From Muribaculaceae bacterium (lineage in GTDB: Bacteria > Bacteroidota > Bacteroidia > Bacteroidales > Muribaculaceae): a DNA stretch of 64,000 nt. Below, piece by piece: positions 10,607-20,965 of the stretch. The notes beneath the pieces were generated by a model. The model searched no databases. It worked only from the letters and a program-made list of their open reading frames with translations, and was not told where the DNA came from. The stretch is from the NCBI GenBank assembly GCA_029062005.1, contig JAIDQZ010000041.1, positions 946 through 64,945 on the forward strand. The letters run 5' to 3'. Positions within the stretch are counted from its first letter, which is position 1. Each line of letters opens with the position of its first letter. A program made the position numbers and the translations under genes.

Positions 10607-11650
10607 ATGGCAAAAATGAAATTCGGCTCAGTCGAGGAGACTGTAGTCACAAGAGAGGAATTTCCTCTTGAAAAAGCACGTGAGATACTTAAAGACGAGA
10701 CCATCGCTGTGATCGGGTATGGTGTGCAGGGTCCGGGACAGAGCCTTAATCTCCGCGACAATGGCTTCAACGTGATAGTAGGCCAGCGTCCGGGCAAGAC
10801 CTATGACAAAGCAGTCGCCGACGGGTGGGTGCCCGGAGAAACCCTCTTCTCTATTGAAGAAGCATGTGAGAAAGGCACCATAATCATGTGCCTGCTTTCA
10901 GATGCTGCTGTGATTTCCGTATGGCAGACTATAAAGAAATGCCTTACTCCAGGTAAAGCTCTGTATTTCTCGCATGGCTTTGCAATAGCCTGGCCGGAGC
11001 GTACGGGTGTGGTGCCTCCGGCAGATGTGGATGTCATTCTTGTGGCTCCAAAAGGTAGCGGAACATCTCTCCGCACCATGTTTCTTGAAGGTCGCGGACT
11101 CAATTCCAGCTATGCTATCGAGCAGGATGCCACAGGCAGAGCACTTGACCGAACTCTTGCCCTTGCTATCGGCATCGGTTCAGGATATATTTTCGAGACT
11201 ACCTTCAAGCGAGAGGCTTACAGTGACCTCACTGGCGAGAGAGGTAGCCTGATGGGCGCTATCCAAGGGCTTTTCCTTGCACAATACGAAGTGCTTCGTG
11301 AAAATGGTCACACACCTTCGGAGGCATTCAACGAGACAGTAGAGGAGCTTACACAGTCGCTGATGCCTCTTGTAGCCAAGAAGGGTATGGACTGGATGTA
11401 TGCCAACTGTTCGACTACAGCGCAGCGCGGAGCCCTTGACTGGATGACTCCTTTCCATGATGCCATCAAACCGGTAATGGAAAAGCTCTACAAGAGCGTG
11501 GCTGACGGTGTCGAGGCTCAGAATTCTATCGATTCCAACTCGAAGGCTGACTATAGGGACGGACTTGAGAAAGAACTCAAGGATATGCGCGAAAGCGAGA
11601 TGTGGCAGGCTGGCGCCGTGGTCCGCAGCCTTCGTCCGGAAGGAAACTGA
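10607..11650 (+). CDS. ilvC: Ketol-acid reductoisomerase
   Basis: IAVIGYGVQGPGQSLNLRD, VAPKG, SDLTGERG, NCSTTAQRGA. Confidence 0.96.
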   Translation: MAKMKFGSVEETVVTREEFPLEKAREILKDETIAVIGYGVQGPGQSLNLRDNGFNVIVGQRPGKTYDKAVADGWVPGETLFSIEEACEKGTIIMCLLSDAAVISVWQTIKKCLTPGKALYFSHGFAIAWPERTGVVPPADVDVILVAPKGSGTSLRTMFLEGRGLNSSYAIEQDATGRALDRTLALAIGIGSGYIFETTFKREAYSDLTGERGSLMGAIQGLFLAQYEVLRENGHTPSEAFNETVEELTQSLMPLVAKKGMDWMYANCSTTAQRGALDWMTPFHDAIKPVMEKLYKSVADGVEAQNSIDSNSKADYRDGLEKELKDMRESEMWQAGAVVRSLRPEGN

Positions 11651-11742
11651 TTGATGTCAGAAGGTTTAGGAAGTTTTAGGCGTTTAGGCAGTTTAGCTTA
11701 TTTGAGAAATTATTCTAAACCTTTAAACAAAAAATTTATTAT

Positions 11743-12627
11743 TTATAACTTATCATTAAATTGGGGAGAGGGGAGACCTTCTCCCAATTTCTTTTCTGAT
11801 GTTTCTATTTTAATTTCATCGTAAAGACCAAGGTCAATGAAGCTTTGTAGCAGGGTCGGTCCCCCTTCCACCATTAGGGAAGTCACTCCTTCTTTATATA
11901 GCTCGTGCATCTGCTCTTCAAGATCATGCCGAGGCTCTACGCGGCGCGGTGCACGACCGGGCCAATGTCGACAGTCAAGACGAGGGTGATCAATTTCGAG
12001 GGTGTTTTTGCCCACCATGATAGCATCAACCATTGAGCGGCGGCGATGCATCCAGACAGAAGATACCGGTGTAGAGAACTGTACGGGATACGGCATTCCG
12101 TCTTTGTCGATGCCCGCCATGAACCCGTCGGCACTCTGTGCCCATTTTAATTGTATCCATGGGCGTCCGAGGTGATGTGCTGTCAGGAACCGGACATTGA
12201 GCGCATCGCACTCGTCGCGGAGAACATCTTCCACAACCTCCACACCGGCTTCGCGAAGCATCCTGATGCCTCGTCCGCTCACTTCAGGAAATGGGTCGGC
12301 GCTTCCGACTGCCACACGTGGAATCCCCATGTCGATGATGAGTTTAGCGCACGGGGGGGTCTTCCCATAGTGAGAGCATGGTTCAAGCGTCACGTACATA
12401 GTGGAGTCTGCAAGCAGATGGCGGTCGGAGTCCTTTACGGAACTGACTGCGCATACTTCCGCATGAGGACCACCGTACCTGTGATGGTAGCCTTCTCCGA
12501 TTATCCTTCCGTCATGCGCTGCGATGACTGCACCTACCATTGGATTCGGAGATACAAGCCCTTCGCCGAGACGTGCGAGCTGAAGCGCTCGTTTCATATA
12601 TTTAATGTCAATATCCATATTTATCAT
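11743..12627 (-). CDS. ribD: Riboflavin biosynthesis deaminase/reductase, short reductase domain
   Basis: PNPMVGAVI, HAE, TLEPCSHYGKTPPC, KWAQSADG, VEGG. Confidence 0.93.
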   Translation of the reverse strand: MINMDIDIKYMKRALQLARLGEGLVSPNPMVGAVIAAHDGRIIGEGYHHRYGGPHAEVCAVSSVKDSDRHLLADSTMYVTLEPCSHYGKTPPCAKLIIDMGIPRVAVGSADPFPEVSGRGIRMLREAGVEVVEDVLRDECDALNVRFLTAHHLGRPWIQLKWAQSADGFMAGIDKDGMPYPVQFSTPVSSVWMHRRRSMVDAIMVGKNTLEIDHPRLDCRHWPGRAPRRVEPRHDLEEQMHELYKEGVTSLMVEGGPTLLQSFIDLGLYDEIKIETSEKKLGEGLPSPQFNDKL

Positions 12628-12880
12628 CGATTTTTCGCAAAATTAAGTAAAAAATAGACAACTTGCAAATGAAGTCGGTTCTACTCATTTACGAATATCG
12701 GTCTTGGCAACTTTAATTATACGTGCCGGTTACGTAAAGGTAATGATACTTGCTTAAAAGTTGTTAAAATATGTGCAAAGTGAGGTGAAATGCTAAAAAA
12801 GTTTACCTTTAATATCGGTTTATTTGGCAAATAATGTTAATTTTGCAGATTGAAACCACACGCATTTGCGTTAAAATTAT

Positions 12881-14410
12881 ATGCTTGTGAATATAAAAAG
12901 CTCATTATTAGGACGTTTGGTGCTATCGGCATGTGCTTTGCTGCTGATTGCCGGAGTGTCGTCATGCAATAAGGCGACTGAAACGACAGAAGAACTTTAT
13001 ATGCCGGCCTCCTCGGTTGCTGTCACGGCTTTCAGTCTGAAATCCAAGAGCGGCACAAAAGTCAAGCTTGACTCCGTGTTTTTTTCAATAGACCTTAACA
13101 AAGGCGTGATATTCAATGCGGATTCGCTTCCGGTTGGCACGGATGTCACAAAATTAGTGGCGGATATTTCTTACACCTCTTCAGCATCAGAGGTCACTCT
13201 TACGCAGAGCGGTGGCAAGACCACAGGCGATATCGACTATAAGTCGAATCCAACGGATTCAATCGATTTTTCAGGCAAAGTCGTACTGAAGATCACTGCT
13301 GAAGACAAGACCACCACCCGTTCATACAATATCAAGGTAAACGTGCATAAAGTTGAGCCTGATTCTCTTGTCTGGGATCGTCTTGCAGTGACACCGATGC
13401 CGTCGCGTCACGATTCCCCGGAGGCACAGAAGACTGTCAAGTTCAAGGATACTTCCTACACTCTGATTAAGGAGTCGGACGGCAGCTACACGATGTCGGT
13501 GGCGACTGACCTTCTTTCCGGCACATGGGACAAATTGCTTCCGGAATTTGATTTCGAACCGGATGTCAGGTCGCTCAATGCCACTTCCGATCTGTTGTAT
13601 ATGCTGGACAGCACCGGAGTGCTTCATACTTCAGCCGACGGTCTGGCGTGGGAAAATACAGGTGTGACATGGGTAAATATAATAGGTGCCTATAATAGCA
13701 GCATGCTTGGTCTGCGTAGAGAAGGAGGCAAGCTTTTCCATACCATGTGGCCTTCCGATCAATTGCATCCGGATATGCCGGTAAGTGATGAATTCCCGGT
13801 AGCCGGTTTCACAGATTTCGTGCAGTATGACAACAGATGGGCTAATTATCCGATAGGATTCCTGGTAGGTGGCAGACTTTCCGACGGGTCCTTCTCCGAC
13901 AAGACATGGGGATACGACGGTGATCATTGGGCAGTTCTTTCAGAAGGGATGATACCGAAACTTGAGGGCGCTACACTTGTGCCTTATTTCGTGTATCGCA
14001 AGACATCGTCATCCTTGGTGCAGACGGAGTTTGCAGTGTGGATGCTTATAGGAGGCGAGGTCGATGAAGGATATTGCAACTATCAGATCTATGTGTCGTA
14101 TGACAATGGTGTGAACTGGTATTCCGCCGACAGCCAGATGGATCTTCCGGACTACTTCCCCGGCTTGAAATATCTTGACGGTATAGTCATGGACTGGAAG
14201 AAATCTGCTTCGCTCAAAGACAACTGGAGCGAAGTAGCCGGTCGTAATCTTCCGGGAATGGCGCGTATGAAGTATGATGTTAAAGATTATGAGGTGTCTT
14301 GGCAATGTCCCTATATTTACATATTTGGAGGAATTGAGGAAACCGGCTTGCTCAACGATAAGATATGGAGGGGCGTTCTCAACCGACTGACATTTGTACC
14401 GCTGTTCTGA
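12881..14410 (+). CDS. DUF6242-like lipoprotein
   Basis: Lipobox VSSC; FSIDLNKGVIFNADSLPVGT; position upstream of DUF6089-uppS-bamA. Confidence 0.7.
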   Translation: MLVNIKSSLLGRLVLSACALLLIAGVSSCNKATETTEELYMPASSVAVTAFSLKSKSGTKVKLDSVFFSIDLNKGVIFNADSLPVGTDVTKLVADISYTSSASEVTLTQSGGKTTGDIDYKSNPTDSIDFSGKVVLKITAEDKTTTRSYNIKVNVHKVEPDSLVWDRLAVTPMPSRHDSPEAQKTVKFKDTSYTLIKESDGSYTMSVATDLLSGTWDKLLPEFDFEPDVRSLNATSDLLYMLDSTGVLHTSADGLAWENTGVTWVNIIGAYNSSMLGLRREGGKLFHTMWPSDQLHPDMPVSDEFPVAGFTDFVQYDNRWANYPIGFLVGGRLSDGSFSDKTWGYDGDHWAVLSEGMIPKLEGATLVPYFVYRKTSSSLVQTEFAVWMLIGGEVDEGYCNYQIYVSYDNGVNWYSADSQMDLPDYFPGLKYLDGIVMDWKKSASLKDNWSEVAGRNLPGMARMKYDVKDYEVSWQCPYIYIFGGIEETGLLNDKIWRGVLNRLTFVPLF

Positions 14411-14416
14411 TTGCTG

Positions 14417-15100
14417 ATGAAGGCTTTAAATCCGGTCATATTACTTATTGTCGTCTTTTGCACCGCGGCTTCAGCTTCGGCGCAGGAAGACTATAGGTTT
14501 GACATCGGCGGCGGCATCGGCATGACCGGATATTTAGGTGACGCCAATTCATCCAACCTGTGGAGTCATCCCGGCATTGACGGCATGTTGCTGTTCAGGT
14601 ATTTGCGTAGTCCGAGGATAGCCTTCAAGACCGGCTTTTATGCAGGTTCTCTTTCTGGTGACACCAATGATATGGCAGACGTGCTTCCTGATGCCGGTCA
14701 GTTTAAGTTTTCCACTACATTCTTTGAGTTGTCGGAGATGTTTGAATTTAATTTCTTCAACTACGGGATCGGTGAGAAATACAGGAAACTGAAGAGATGG
14801 AGCCCATATATCACGGCGGGACTCGGCGCAACCGTGTGGATGACTTCCGGATATACGGGTGCGGCTTTCACTCTTCCTTTTGGCATAGGTGCCAAATATA
14901 AGATTAATGAAAGGTTGAACCTCGGGCTGGAGTTCCTGATGAAGAAGACTTTCTCCGATCGTCTTGACGGGACAGACCTTGCGGATCCTCATGCTGTAAA
15001 GTCAGCGTTTGCTAAGAACACCGACTGGTATTCAACCCTTTCGGTGACACTAAGCTATGAATTTTCAAAGCGATGTGCCACGTGCAATTATAAAGATTAA
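14417..15100 (+). CDS. Outer-membrane beta-barrel, DUF6089/PorG-like
   Basis: Signal peptide, GGGIGMTGYLGDAN, alternating beta strands, C-terminal C-x-x-C-N; conserved position before uppS. Confidence 0.7.
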   Translation: MKALNPVILLIVVFCTAASASAQEDYRFDIGGGIGMTGYLGDANSSNLWSHPGIDGMLLFRYLRSPRIAFKTGFYAGSLSGDTNDMADVLPDAGQFKFSTTFFELSEMFEFNFFNYGIGEKYRKLKRWSPYITAGLGATVWMTSGYTGAAFTLPFGIGAKYKINERLNLGLEFLMKKTFSDRLDGTDLADPHAVKSAFAKNTDWYSTLSVTLSYEFSKRCATCNYKD

Positions 15101-15111
15101 AAATCTCCTTT

Positions 15112-15879
15112 ATGGAAACACTTGAAGATATACTGGACAGGCTCGACATGACGAGGATTCCCCGGCATGTGGCAATGATAATGGACGGAAACGGGCGCTG
15201 GGCGAAAAGCCGGGACAAGGTTCGTAGCGACGGTCACTACGAAGGCATAACCAGCGTGCACAACGTCACAGCATTGTCATCCGACCTGGGTATGGAATAT
15301 CTCACGCTATATGCTTTCAGTACCGAAAACTGGAACCGTCCGAAGGAAGAGGTCGATACCCTGATGACCATTATAGGATGGGCAATAGCAAGGGAACTGC
15401 CTGAGCTTCTTCAGAATAATGTCAGGATCAATCTTCTTGGCGATATAGAGAGGGTGCCGGAGGGTCCACGCGGAGAGCTTTATGACTCACGTGACAAGAC
15501 CGCTCACTGCACGGGACTGCAGCTGAATATCTGCATCAGCTATTCATCAAGATGGGAGATCACAGAAGCAGCACGCCGTCTCGCCCGCGAGGCTGCCGAA
15601 GGCAGGCTTGACCCTGACGATATCGATGAGGGAATGTTCAGCAATCATCTTGCCACAGCCGGAATGCCCGACCCCGACCTGCTTATCCGCACAGGTGGAG
15701 AAGAGCGTATCAGCAACTACCTTCTTTGGCAGATAGCGTATAGCGAGCTTTATTTTACTCCGGTGCTCTGGCCGGACTTCGGTAAGAAGGAATACGCCCT
15801 CGCCCTCATCGACTATCAGCAGCGTGAGCGCAGGTTTGGAAAGACATCAGAACAAGTGACCAACAACCCGACAATCTGA
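15112..15879 (+). CDS. uppS: Undecaprenyl diphosphate synthase
   Basis: HVAMIMDGNGRWAK, YAFSTENWNRP, RTGGEERISNYLLWQ. Confidence 0.96.
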   Translation: METLEDILDRLDMTRIPRHVAMIMDGNGRWAKSRDKVRSDGHYEGITSVHNVTALSSDLGMEYLTLYAFSTENWNRPKEEVDTLMTIIGWAIARELPELLQNNVRINLLGDIERVPEGPRGELYDSRDKTAHCTGLQLNICISYSSRWEITEAARRLAREAAEGRLDPDDIDEGMFSNHLATAGMPDPDLLIRTGGEERISNYLLWQIAYSELYFTPVLWPDFGKKEYALALIDYQQRERRFGKTSEQVTNNPTI

Positions 15880-15889
15880 CAGCATAGAT

Positions 15890-18535
15890 ATGATATTGAC
15901 CAGCCATATAAGACGGATTCTTTCAGCCGTAGTCATCGCAGCCTCCTTTGCTGCAGTCCCAGTCATGAACGCGCAGACGGCGACCAATGACACTGTATAT
16001 TCTCCCGAAATCATATACAGCCCGATTCCTAAGGTCTATGAGATAGCCGGCATTTCGGTGACGGGTGTTCCTGATGTAGAGGATTATGTAATTATCGGAT
16101 ATTCCGGTCTCTCTGTGGGTGAGCGTATAGAGATACCCGGAGATGCGATTTCCACGGCTGTAAAGCGCTTTTACAGGCAGGGTCTCTATTCAAAGGTGGA
16201 GATCAATCTTGAGAAGACCGTAGGCGACAAGGCGTGGCTTCAGATCGCGCTTAAGCAGCAGCCCAGAATGGCTGAGATACGGTTTACCGGAGTTAAGGGC
16301 AATGAACGCAAGGATCTTCTTGAGCGTCTCGGTGTGGAGAAAGGACAGCAGCTCACTCCAAATATCGTGGCGCGTATCGTGCAGGTCGTAAAACAATACT
16401 ATTCCGACAAAGGCTTTAAGAATGTAGTGGTGACTTCGTCCCAGCAGCCTGATCTGTCGCAGGAGAATTATGATTTCCTGACAGTGAATGTGGACCGGCA
16501 GAGCAAGGTCAAGGTGCATAAGATATATGTCAACGGCAATAATGTGCTGAGCGACCGCAAATTCAAAAATGCTATGAAGAAGACGAATGAGAATCATGAC
16601 ATTCTGAATCTATTCAAGCAGAAGAAGTTTGTGGATACAGATTATGCCGATGACAAGAATCGTATTATAGAGAAGTATAACGAGCTTGGTTATCGTGATG
16701 CCGAAATAGTCAGCGACTCCATAGTGAAATATGACGATAAGGAGATTGATATATATCTGACAGTAGATGAAGGCGACAGATATTATATCAAGGATATAAA
16801 TTGGGTCGGAAACACCGTGTATCCCACAGAGTTCCTCAATCAGGTGCTCGGCATGTATCCCGGCGATGTCTACAATCAGAAGCGCCTGAGCAAGCGCACT
16901 ATGGAAGATGATGATGCTGTGGGCAATTATTATCTCGACAACGGTTATCTTTTCTTCCAGCTTGTTCCGATCGAGCAGCACGTGCAGGGCGACAGCATTT
17001 CGCTCCTCATGAGGATCTATGAGGGTCAGCCGGCAAAGATCAACAAGGTTGTCATCAACGGTAACGACCAGCTTTACGAGAAAGTGATCCGTCGCGAGCT
17101 GCGCGTGAAGCCCGGCGATCTCTTCTCGAAACGTGCGCTTATGAATTCAGCGCGAGAGATCGCTGCATCCGGACATTTTGATCCTGAGACAATGGGTATC
17201 AATCCGGTTGAGAATCCTGCCGACGGCACCGTGGATATCGTGTTTGACCTTGAACAGAAAGCAAACGATAAGGTGCAGCTATCACTTGGCTGGGGACAGA
17301 CCGGCGTCACGGGGCAGGTGGCGTTGTCATTTTCAAACTTCTCGATAAAGAACCTTTTCAATCCACAGAGCTATCGCGGCATCATTCCGCGTGGCGACGG
17401 ACAGACATTCTCAATATCGGCTCAGACCAATGCTAAATATTACCAGAGCTACAATATAAGCTTCTTTGATCCATGGCTTGGAGGAAAGCGTCCAAACTCT
17501 TTCTCGTTCTCTGTAGATTACAGCCGTTCAACCGGAGTAAACAGCCGCTTCTATAATCAGAACTGGATGAACGCCTTTACATCCTATCCGTATGCAGGAG
17601 GATCTTATAATTATAATTACGGACAGTATGCTTATCAGAATGCATATGATCCTAACAAGGTGCTTCAGCTTGCAGGAGTCACGGCTGCTTACGGCACACG
17701 TCTGACGTGGCCCGACGATTATTTCCAGTTCCAGGTCTCTCTTGCCTACCGCTGGTATTACCTCAAGAACTGGGAATACCTCCGCTTCATGCAGACAGGC
17801 TCTTCAAATTCCGTGGTGCTCGGTCTTACTCTAAGCAGGAACACCACCGACCAGCCGATCTACCCTCGCAACGGATCAAGCTTCATGCTCTCCCTTCAGA
17901 TGACTCCACCCTGGACAAAGATGCGCCACGGTCATGATTGGAAGACACTGGCTGCGGAGGCTGCCAAATATGATGCGAAGGCACAGGCTGAACTGTATAA
18001 GTGGATTGAATACTGGAAACTCAAATTCCAGGCAAAGACTTTCACCCCGCTTACCGATCCGGAAGGCAACTGGACTCTCGTGATGATGACAAAGGCTGAC
18101 TTCGCTATCCTGGGATCATACAACAAATATGTGAAGTCACCGTTCGAGACTTTCTATTTCGGTGGCGACGGTATGACAGGAAGCTACACCTATGCCACAG
18201 AGACCGTGTCGATGCGCGGATATGAGAACGGTCAGTTTACTCCTAACTTCTACGAAGCCTATGCCTACTCGAAATTTACATTTGAGCTTCGCTTCCCGTT
18301 TATGCTTCAGCCTAACACCACCATCTTCGCACTTGCATTTGCAGAGGCGGGCAATGCGTGGACCGATATAAAGGATTTTGCTCCATTCAACCTGAAGCGT
18401 TCTGCCGGAGTCGGTATCCGCCTTTATCTCTCGATGCTCGGTTTCCTCGGTATCGACTGGGGTTATGGTTTCGACAAGGTATGGGGAAGACGTGGCGGAG
18501 GCAACCTGCACTTCGTGCTCGGACAGGAATTCTAA
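15890..18535 (+). CDS. bamA: Outer membrane protein assembly factor
   Basis: POTRA repeats, MRGY motif, C-terminal HFVLGQEF. Confidence 0.95.
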   Translation: MILTSHIRRILSAVVIAASFAAVPVMNAQTATNDTVYSPEIIYSPIPKVYEIAGISVTGVPDVEDYVIIGYSGLSVGERIEIPGDAISTAVKRFYRQGLYSKVEINLEKTVGDKAWLQIALKQQPRMAEIRFTGVKGNERKDLLERLGVEKGQQLTPNIVARIVQVVKQYYSDKGFKNVVVTSSQQPDLSQENYDFLTVNVDRQSKVKVHKIYVNGNNVLSDRKFKNAMKKTNENHDILNLFKQKKFVDTDYADDKNRIIEKYNELGYRDAEIVSDSIVKYDDKEIDIYLTVDEGDRYYIKDINWVGNTVYPTEFLNQVLGMYPGDVYNQKRLSKRTMEDDDAVGNYYLDNGYLFFQLVPIEQHVQGDSISLLMRIYEGQPAKINKVVINGNDQLYEKVIRRELRVKPGDLFSKRALMNSAREIAASGHFDPETMGINPVENPADGTVDIVFDLEQKANDKVQLSLGWGQTGVTGQVALSFSNFSIKNLFNPQSYRGIIPRGDGQTFSISAQTNAKYYQSYNISFFDPWLGGKRPNSFSFSVDYSRSTGVNSRFYNQNWMNAFTSYPYAGGSYNYNYGQYAYQNAYDPNKVLQLAGVTAAYGTRLTWPDDYFQFQVSLAYRWYYLKNWEYLRFMQTGSSNSVVLGLTLSRNTTDQPIYPRNGSSFMLSLQMTPPWTKMRHGHDWKTLAAEAAKYDAKAQAELYKWIEYWKLKFQAKTFTPLTDPEGNWTLVMMTKADFAILGSYNKYVKSPFETFYFGGDGMTGSYTYATETVSMRGYENGQFTPNFYEAYAYSKFTFELRFPFMLQPNTTIFALAFAEAGNAWTDIKDFAPFNLKRSAGVGIRLYLSMLGFLGIDWGYGFDKVWGRRGGGNLHFVLGQEF

Positions 18536-18551
18536 GTTAAGGGTCAGGGAC

Positions 18552-18607
18552 CAAGGACCAAGAGTCAAGGACCAAGAGTCAAGGACCAAGAGTCAAGAAC
18601 CAAGGGC
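18552..18607. repeat. 14-bp tandem repeat (CAAGGACCAAGAGT) x3 plus one degenerate copy
   Basis: Read directly: units at 18552, 18566, 18580 and 18594, just after the bamA stop. Confidence 0.9.
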
Positions 18608-18703
18608 AGGAACCATGCGCGGATCCTTGCAGGTGCAGGTATTTAAACTTTAATGACGCTATTTTGTCTTTAAGTTAGTATGAACTTTTAAAATAGAAAT
18701 AAC

Positions 18704-19219
18704 ATGAAGAAACTTATCATATCATTCGCACTGGTAATGACGGCGTTTCTTGGAGCATATGCACAGAAGTTCGCTCTCGTGGACATGGACTACATATTGC
18801 GTAATGTGCCGAGCTATGAGATGGCTAACGAACAGCTCAATCAGGTGTCGCAGCGCTGGGAGCGGGAAGTGACGGAACTCTCCAAAGAAGCGGAGACGAT
18901 GTATAAGAATTATCAGTCTGAGATGATATTCCTTACCGATGATCAAAAGAAGGCCCGTGAAGAGGAACTTGTGGCTAAGGAGAAGGAAGTGACCGATCTC
19001 CGTTATAAATATTTCGGTCCGGAAGGTGAGCTGTTTAAAAAGCGCCAGAGCCTCATGAAGCCTATTCAGGAAGATGTGTATAATGCAGTTAAGGCTGTAA
19101 GTGAGGAGAAAGGCTATCAGGTGATCTTCGACCGTGCTTCGTCGCAGAGTATCGTATTCGCCTCCCCTAAGATCGATGTCAGCAATGAAGTGCTTGCAAA
19201 ACTCGGATATTCAAAATAA
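18704..19219 (+). CDS. skp: OmpH/Skp periplasmic chaperone
   Basis: KFALVDMDYIL, coiled coil, VIFDRAS, DVSNEVLAKLG. Confidence 0.9.
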   Translation: MKKLIISFALVMTAFLGAYAQKFALVDMDYILRNVPSYEMANEQLNQVSQRWEREVTELSKEAETMYKNYQSEMIFLTDDQKKAREEELVAKEKEVTDLRYKYFGPEGELFKKRQSLMKPIQEDVYNAVKAVSEEKGYQVIFDRASSQSIVFASPKIDVSNEVLAKLGYSK

Positions 19220-19275
19220 GTGGAGAATAAAATATATTGAGAATAAACAATAACACATAAAACAAACAAAAAGAA

Positions 19276-19782
19276 ATGATCAAGAAAGTACTTTTAGCTA
19301 TCGCGGTTATCTGCCCGATGCTTATGTCCGCTCAGACCCTCAAGATCGGACTCGTTGATTTTGACGCGATTTTTCAGGTGATGCCTGAGACCGCAGCAGC
19401 ACAGAATCAGGTTAAGGAAGTGGGCGAAAAATACGATGCCGAATATAAGAAACTCAACGATGAGATGAATCGCCTTGTGACTGAATTCCAGAATATGCCG
19501 GAGACTGAGCTTCCTGCCATTAAGGAGCGCAAGACCCGCGAGTTGAGCGACTATCAACAGAAGATCCAGCAGTTTGAGCAGACTGCTATGCAGGATCTGC
19601 AGAAGATGCAGGCTGAGCTTATGGGTCCTATCCAGCAGAAGATCAGCCAGGCTGTAGAGAGTGTAGGCCGTGAGGGCAATTACTCCCTTATCCAGATTTA
19701 TAATCCTCAGCTTACATTGTATCATGCAGAGCCTGTGGAGGATATTACTCCTGCAGTCAAGGCAAAGCTTGGTGTAAAATAA
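19276..19782 (+). CDS. skp: OmpH/Skp periplasmic chaperone, second paralogue
   Basis: KIGLVDFDAIFQVMPE, DITPAVKAKLG. Confidence 0.9.
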   Translation: MIKKVLLAIAVICPMLMSAQTLKIGLVDFDAIFQVMPETAAAQNQVKEVGEKYDAEYKKLNDEMNRLVTEFQNMPETELPAIKERKTRELSDYQQKIQQFEQTAMQDLQKMQAELMGPIQQKISQAVESVGREGNYSLIQIYNPQLTLYHAEPVEDITPAVKAKLGVK

Positions 19783-19814
19783 TATTGCGTCAACGATGTG
19801 TTGAATCCAACACT

Positions 19815-20687
19815 ATGACAGATCAAAATGCAAATATGATGGCGGAGGCTGATGCTTCCGCCATTTCAGTAGGTCCGGTGGGGGTTTTCGATTCCGGCTA
19901 CGGAGGACTGACCATCCTCAGGGAGCTCAGGAAGATCCTTCCAGAGTATGATTATCTATATCTTGGCGACAATGCGCGTGCTCCCTACGGATCGAGAAGT
20001 TTTGAAATAATCTACCGCTATACCCTTGAGGCTGTCAAGGAATTGTTTTCGCGAGGTTGCCATCTGGTGATACTTGCATGCAACACTGCATCCGCCAAAG
20101 CCTTGCGTACCATACAGCAGAAGGATCTGCCTGCGATTGATCCTGCGCGAAGGGTATTGGGAGTCATACGCCCGACTGTGGAGATACTGGACGATGTGTC
20201 GCGGTCAGGGCATGTCGGTGTCCTCGCCACTCCGGGCACTGTGGCAAGTCATTCATATCAGATAGAGACCGTGAAGCTGTTCCCGGAAATGCGCGTCACT
20301 GAGCAGGCGTGTCCGCTATGGGTGCCGATAGTGGAGAACTCTGAGGCTGACAGCGACGGAGCGGACTTTTTCGTGAAGAAATATATAGATGCGCTGATGA
20401 CTGAGGATCCCGAAGTGGACACCTTCGTACTCGGATGTACTCATTATCCGTTGCTGATAGAGAAGATCAGGAAATATGCGCCTGATCATGTCAGAATCCT
20501 TGAGCAGGGACGCCTGGTGGCGGAGTCCCTGAAAGATTATCTGCGCAGACATCCGGAGATGGACATCCGCCTGTCGAGAGGAGGAGGCGTGGAGTATCTC
20601 ACCAGCGAGAATCCCGATAAATTTGATGCCCTGGCATCGGTATTCACCCATCATCCCGTAAAGTCCACCCGCTGTACGCTTGATTGA
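19815..20687 (+). CDS. murI: Glutamate racemase
   Basis: GVFDSGYGGLT, ACNTAS, LGCTHYP. Start set at the first ATG. Confidence 0.95.
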   Translation: MTDQNANMMAEADASAISVGPVGVFDSGYGGLTILRELRKILPEYDYLYLGDNARAPYGSRSFEIIYRYTLEAVKELFSRGCHLVILACNTASAKALRTIQQKDLPAIDPARRVLGVIRPTVEILDDVSRSGHVGVLATPGTVASHSYQIETVKLFPEMRVTEQACPLWVPIVENSEADSDGADFFVKKYIDALMTEDPEVDTFVLGCTHYPLLIEKIRKYAPDHVRILEQGRLVAESLKDYLRRHPEMDIRLSRGGGVEYLTSENPDKFDALASVFTHHPVKSTRCTLD

Positions 20688-20702
20688 AAATGATTCTTGA
20701 AT

Positions 20703-20954
20703 ATGGAAACCAATAATATACCGTCGGATATAGCCGAGAGACTCCGGATGCTTTCCGGGCGTCTGCAAGACGTAGAGGATGAAGACGCATATATAGAGAG
20801 GGGACGGCTTTTGTGGTCGTTAGGATGCCGGCGTGAGGCGATCAACGACTATCTTGCGGCTCAGAAGATAAATCCTGCCGGTAAAGCCACGCAATTGCTT
20901 AAGGCTACCTATGAGATTCTCGACTTCTACAATAAAGATCTCTTCAATCCATAA
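20703..20954 (+). CDS. Small TPR-like protein
   Basis: YIERGRLLWSLG..EAINDYLAAQKINP; ends FYNKDLFNP. Confidence 0.7.
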   Translation: METNNIPSDIAERLRMLSGRLQDVEDEDAYIERGRLLWSLGCRREAINDYLAAQKINPAGKATQLLKATYEILDFYNKDLFNP

Positions 20955-20965
20955 TCGATAATTGA

